A stretch of DNA of 64,000 bases from Minutocellus sp. GHC0000111 (Eukaryota), in NCBI GenBank assembly GCA_977018835.1, contig OZ361256.1, forward strand, positions 6,014,001 to 6,078,000, read 5' to 3'. This document shows positions 60,135 to 64,000 of the stretch, piece after piece; the first letter of the stretch is position 1, and the number at the start of each line of letters is the position of its first letter. Below the pieces are notes generated by a model. It ran no database searches. It worked only from the letters and a program-made list of their open reading frames with translations, and was not told the origin of the DNA. A program made the position numbers and the translations under genes.

Positions 60135-60565
60135 CTTGCTTGCTTGGTTATTAGTGGTACACTTGAAGCAAAGATATATGATGTGACGGCCGATATTCCT
60201 ACGTCGCTTGAGCCGGGCCAGTCTGTGAGGCCGGGCCTCTCCCGCTTCTGAATTCCCGAAATGGCCTTGTTGACTTTCTTTTCCGTGTCTTATTGTGTAT
60301 CAATTGCTTGTAAAAGGTTGTAAAAGGGGGAATCAATCCGGGAATCCCCGCGAAATCGGCATATTCTTGCCTCCTTTGACAGGACTTGGTATCAGTAGAT
60401 TCTACATGTAGCTACTAGAATGCTAAATATCTCCCTACTTACTTGCTACGTAGCTCATTGAGATAGATATGCCGGTTGATCTACAGCCTAGCCGAATGCA
60501 TGAATCGAATATGTGCTGTTTCTCTCAGTCTTCTTCGTTCCTCTCCTCTCCTCTCTCTCTCTCTC

Positions 60566-62278
60566 TCAATACGCAGCATCCAAGCCGGCCATACTGGTGA
60601 GGATAATCTTGTAACCATCGTCGAGCGGGATGTCACGATTGGCAATGCTCTGGCAGATCTTGGGCATGTCGTTCTCGGCGTCCAGAAATTGCAACAAGTA
60701 GATGAGGAGGTTGAAGTCGGCCAAAACATCCACGAACGTCCAGCCCTGGCTGCCGCTCTTGCCCAGCTGGCGCTTCATTTCGTCCTTGGAGGGGATGCGA
60801 TCGTCCATGTCGCGGTTGGCCTTGGGAAAGTCGCTGATGAACATCTCGGAAGTGTGCTGCTTGATGGGCACCACGGTCAGGAAGAAGTTGTTCTCGACCG
60901 TCTTGCTTTCCTTGCCCTCCTGGATGGCCGTGAAGGTTTCGTTGACGTAGCAGAATCCGGGATTGGGCCCCACCTCCAGAGCACCTTCGGCGGCCATCTC
61001 CATGCACTGACGGCTGACCTGGAAGGCCTCGAAGGAGACGTTGCCATCGTCCCCGACGGTAACCTTGACGGAAACGAACGGCGTGGGTTCGACCCCACCG
61101 GCGGCCTCGAGCTGGAATTCGGCCGCCATGATGACCTCGGCGGCGGACATTTGGAAGCCCTCCTCGCGAGGCGGATGGCCGAATATCCAACCCACGCGCC
61201 GGAGGCCGAGCTGCGCCGCCAACGCGTCGATCTTGTCCTCGTTGGGATCGTCCAGGATGACGAATCCCTCGGCCGCGTCCGGATCGGCCTCTTGGGGTGG
61301 TTCGTAGATGGCCTCGACGACAATGTTTTGGGGCTTGTAGGTTGGGGCGGTGCCATTGTTGGCATCAGACGAGATGTCCACCTTCTTTTCGTCCTTGGCA
61401 TCGTCCTTCATGGCATCTTCGTCGTCCTTGTCTTCCTCGAATCTACCATAGAGCAACCCAAAGCGCTGACGCTGGAAGTTGAACCGACGGAGATACGACT
61501 GGAAATCGTTGGCCGAAGGAGTGTCGAGGCTGCATCCACCTTTGCCGACCCAGGACTCCTCCTGGCGTTTGACCTGGTAATATCGGATGGAATGGGGACG
61601 AAGGTCGGCAAGAGATATGAAGGATTAGCTTTGGATATATATAATATGCGAGGGACTGGAACATATGCCAAGTACAGTAAATGCAGACGGGGATTTTACA
61701 CGGGGATCTTACACAGGCCAGCCCAAAGCAAATATCCTGCCATAACTCACCTTGAAGACGTACTGGTCGTCCATGGCGGTAAATTCCGCCAGGGTCCACT
61801 GCATCTTCATGTCCCGCAAAGCCATCTGTCCCTTGCGGAACCCCCGCCCGTCGTCCCCACCGGCGCCGTCGGCCTCCTCGGCGGGGACCAGCTTGATGCT
61901 CCCGTCCTTGCCGATGACGCGCTTCATGGTGCAGCTGCCGCTGCCGCCGGTACCGGCGGCGGCGCTGGTCGGGGCATCGTCACCTCCAGAGCCAGAGCCA
62001 GCAGCGGCGGCGGGAGGCTTGGCCTCGGCGCAGGTTTCGGGAACGACGCCGCAGTAAATCATGGATCCGTTCTGCAATCCCAATTCTCCCAGGGTCTTGT
62101 CCTCGTCCCCATTGGTCACCAGGGGAGATTTGCAGGCGGGATCGCTGCACAGAGGCGAGGTGTACTCGACCGAGGGACGGACGAGGGCGATGGAGTGGAG
62201 AAGATCGGCGACGGTCGAGGTGGCCGTGAGGTCGGGGACGCGCCACAGTCCCGCGTTGGTTCGGACTCGGATGAGCAT
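60566..62278 (-). CDS. NPL4: Nuclear protein localization 4 (Cdc48/p97 cofactor); intron 61750-61574
   Basis: MLIRVRT, QRFGLLYGRF, VEAIYEPPQE, LGLRRVGWIFGHP, FEAFQVSRQC, FFLTVVPI, ADFNLL. Confidence 0.92.
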
Positions 62279-62641
62279 GGCTTTTGGCGTGTTGTGCTAA
62301 AAAGATAAAAACGGCGGTAGAGCCAATTGCCTGGTGCTGGTCTACGCGCAAAGGAGTTCAGAGAGGGGTTTGAGTCAGGATACGCTCTCGGGCCCACAAG
62401 ATGTGCTTGGAATGCCGTCGAAGATTGGATAAAATAAAGGTACAAAACACCCAAGCCTGTATTTCAGTATGCGACGGACGGACGAAATCCAGAACGGTTT
62501 TGCACCGGCGTCGAAATCGATCGGCCGGCGAAAATCCAAGAGAGAGAGAGAGAACACAAGCCAAACTGACGCACCAACTTGCGCAAGTCAAGTAAGTGCA
62601 CATCTCAAGCATCCAAAGAGAGATCCACCTTCGACTCAACG

Positions 62642-64000
62642 ATGAAGATCCCCCGCGCCGCCCTCTGCGCCCTCTTCTCGGCCGCCACGGCCGCGGCCTT
62701 TGCCCCGCTGGCCCCTCCCTCTGCTGGCAGCGCTCGGGTCGTCGCCCCCTCCTCCTCTACTTTCGTCACCGCCAGCTCTCCTCGATCGACCTCCTCGGCC
62801 GTCCTGCGCATGGCCGATGCCACCGCCGAGGCCGAGGCATCCGCCGAGCCCAAGAAGGAAAAGTTCGAGTTCCAGGCCGAGGTGGGCAGAGTGATGGACC
62901 TCATCATCAACAGTCTCTACTCCGACAAGGACATCTTCCTGAGAGGTGAGTTTGGTAGCAACAGTGGAGTGACGTGATTGCAATGGGTCAATTGCGGCAA
63001 TTGCAGCGGAGCAATTCGATTTATTTGAAAATGTTCCACGTGGCCATGTTTCGCATGTCAGAAGTACGCAGTACATAGCACATGTCACTCCTTCTAAACC
63101 AACACATGACATATCTCACATGAAATATCTCTCCACAACCCATTTTCAATAGAACTGGTATCGAACGCCGCCGATGCCTGCGACAAGAAGCGGTTCCTGT
63201 CCATCACCGACGACGGTGCCGCCACGGTCCAGCCCGAGATCAAGATCAGGGCCGACCCCGGCGCCGGCACGGTCACCATCGAAGACTCCGGCGTCGGCAT
63301 GACCCGCGACGAGCTCATCAACAACCTCGGCCGGATCGCCCAGAGTGGCACGCGCAACTTCGTCCAGGCCCTCGGCGAGGGTACCGCCGACGTCAACCTC
63401 ATCGGTCAGTTCGGTGTCGGTTTTTATTCCGCCTATCTGGTCGCTGACAAGGTCGAGGTCATCACCAAGTCGATGCAGCCCAATTCGCCCCAGCTCAAGT
63501 GGGAGTCCGCCGCCGGGCAGGAGTTCACCATCGCCGACGACGATGCCTCCGACGATCCCATCGCCACGTCGGGCACGCGCATCGTCCTTCACCTCAAGGA
63601 CGACAGCCTGCAATGCATGGAAACCGGCAAGATCGAGGAGCTGCTCAAGCGTTATTCGGAATTCATCGAATTTCCCATCAACGTGTGGAAGGAGACCACG
63701 GAATACAAAAAGGTCCCCGACGAGGAGGCCAACAAGGACCTGGCCGAGGGGGAGGAGCCCAAGATGAAGACCGTCCCCGAGACCAAGGTGGGATACGAAC
63801 AGATGGAGAACGCCAAGCCCATTTGGCTCCGTCCGCCCAGCGAGGTTACGGAAGACGAGTACGACGAATTCTACAAGGGCGCCTTCCGGGCCAGCTACGA
63901 CGAACCCATGAAGCACACGCACTTTGTTTTGGAGGGGCAGATCGAGGCCAAGGCCATCCTGTACATTCCGGGCATGCTGCCGTTCGAGTTGTCCAAGGAT
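62642..64000 (+). CDS. HSP90: Plastid-targeted HSP90, runs off the window; intron 62946-63152
   Basis: Signal peptide + [59 protein letters not shown]. Confidence 0.95.

Noticed and set aside
60476..62308. 610-aa plus-strand ORF, and similar long antisense ORFs at 5780-6625, 59064-60122 and 63146-63922
   Set aside because: These are antisense shadows of GC3-rich genes (NPL4, PDZ-HA, monooxygenase, HSP90) with no motifs of their own.
1..64000. tRNA or rRNA genes
   Set aside because: None recognised by eye; tRNAscan-SE or Infernal would be needed to exclude them.

Overview
Eukaryotic nuclear DNA, most likely from a diatom or related photosynthetic stramenopile. Support: short GT-AG introns, compact genes, and bipartite signal-peptide + 'AF' plastid presequences. 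The window holds about 27 protein genes or gene remnants: TPR-PDZ, PDZ-HA, PPTase, NDK-like, DapA, two MFSD5-like transporters, VOC, HD-domain, Mpv17, two Gly/Lys/Arg-rich secreted proteins, ABA4-like, MFS, methyltransferase, two guanylate cyclases, a PDI-like selenoprotein, TOM1-like, FAD monooxygenase, NPL4 and plastid HSP90. It also holds several transposon relics. Highlights: (1) a 2.6-kb CAC...GTG element with a 4-bp TSD, a Chapaev/Transib/RAG1-type C-terminal motif, and bipartite ends offset by 11 bp that can be read as 12/23 spacers; (2) an ER PDI-like gene whose active site reads UGA-GGC-UGA-UGA (U-G-U-U); (3) an H-NOX-guanylate cyclase-phosphodiesterase fusion; (4) a phosphate/phosphonate-binding-protein-TM-kinase-guanylate cyclase receptor; (5) a secreted gene built from phase-1 micro-exons of GKGYSGG units; (6) many TA-NN-NN-TA palindromes resembling transposon excision footprints. 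Many genes carry single-base indels or stops, which may be assembly errors. All calls come from reading motifs by eye; no database search was run.
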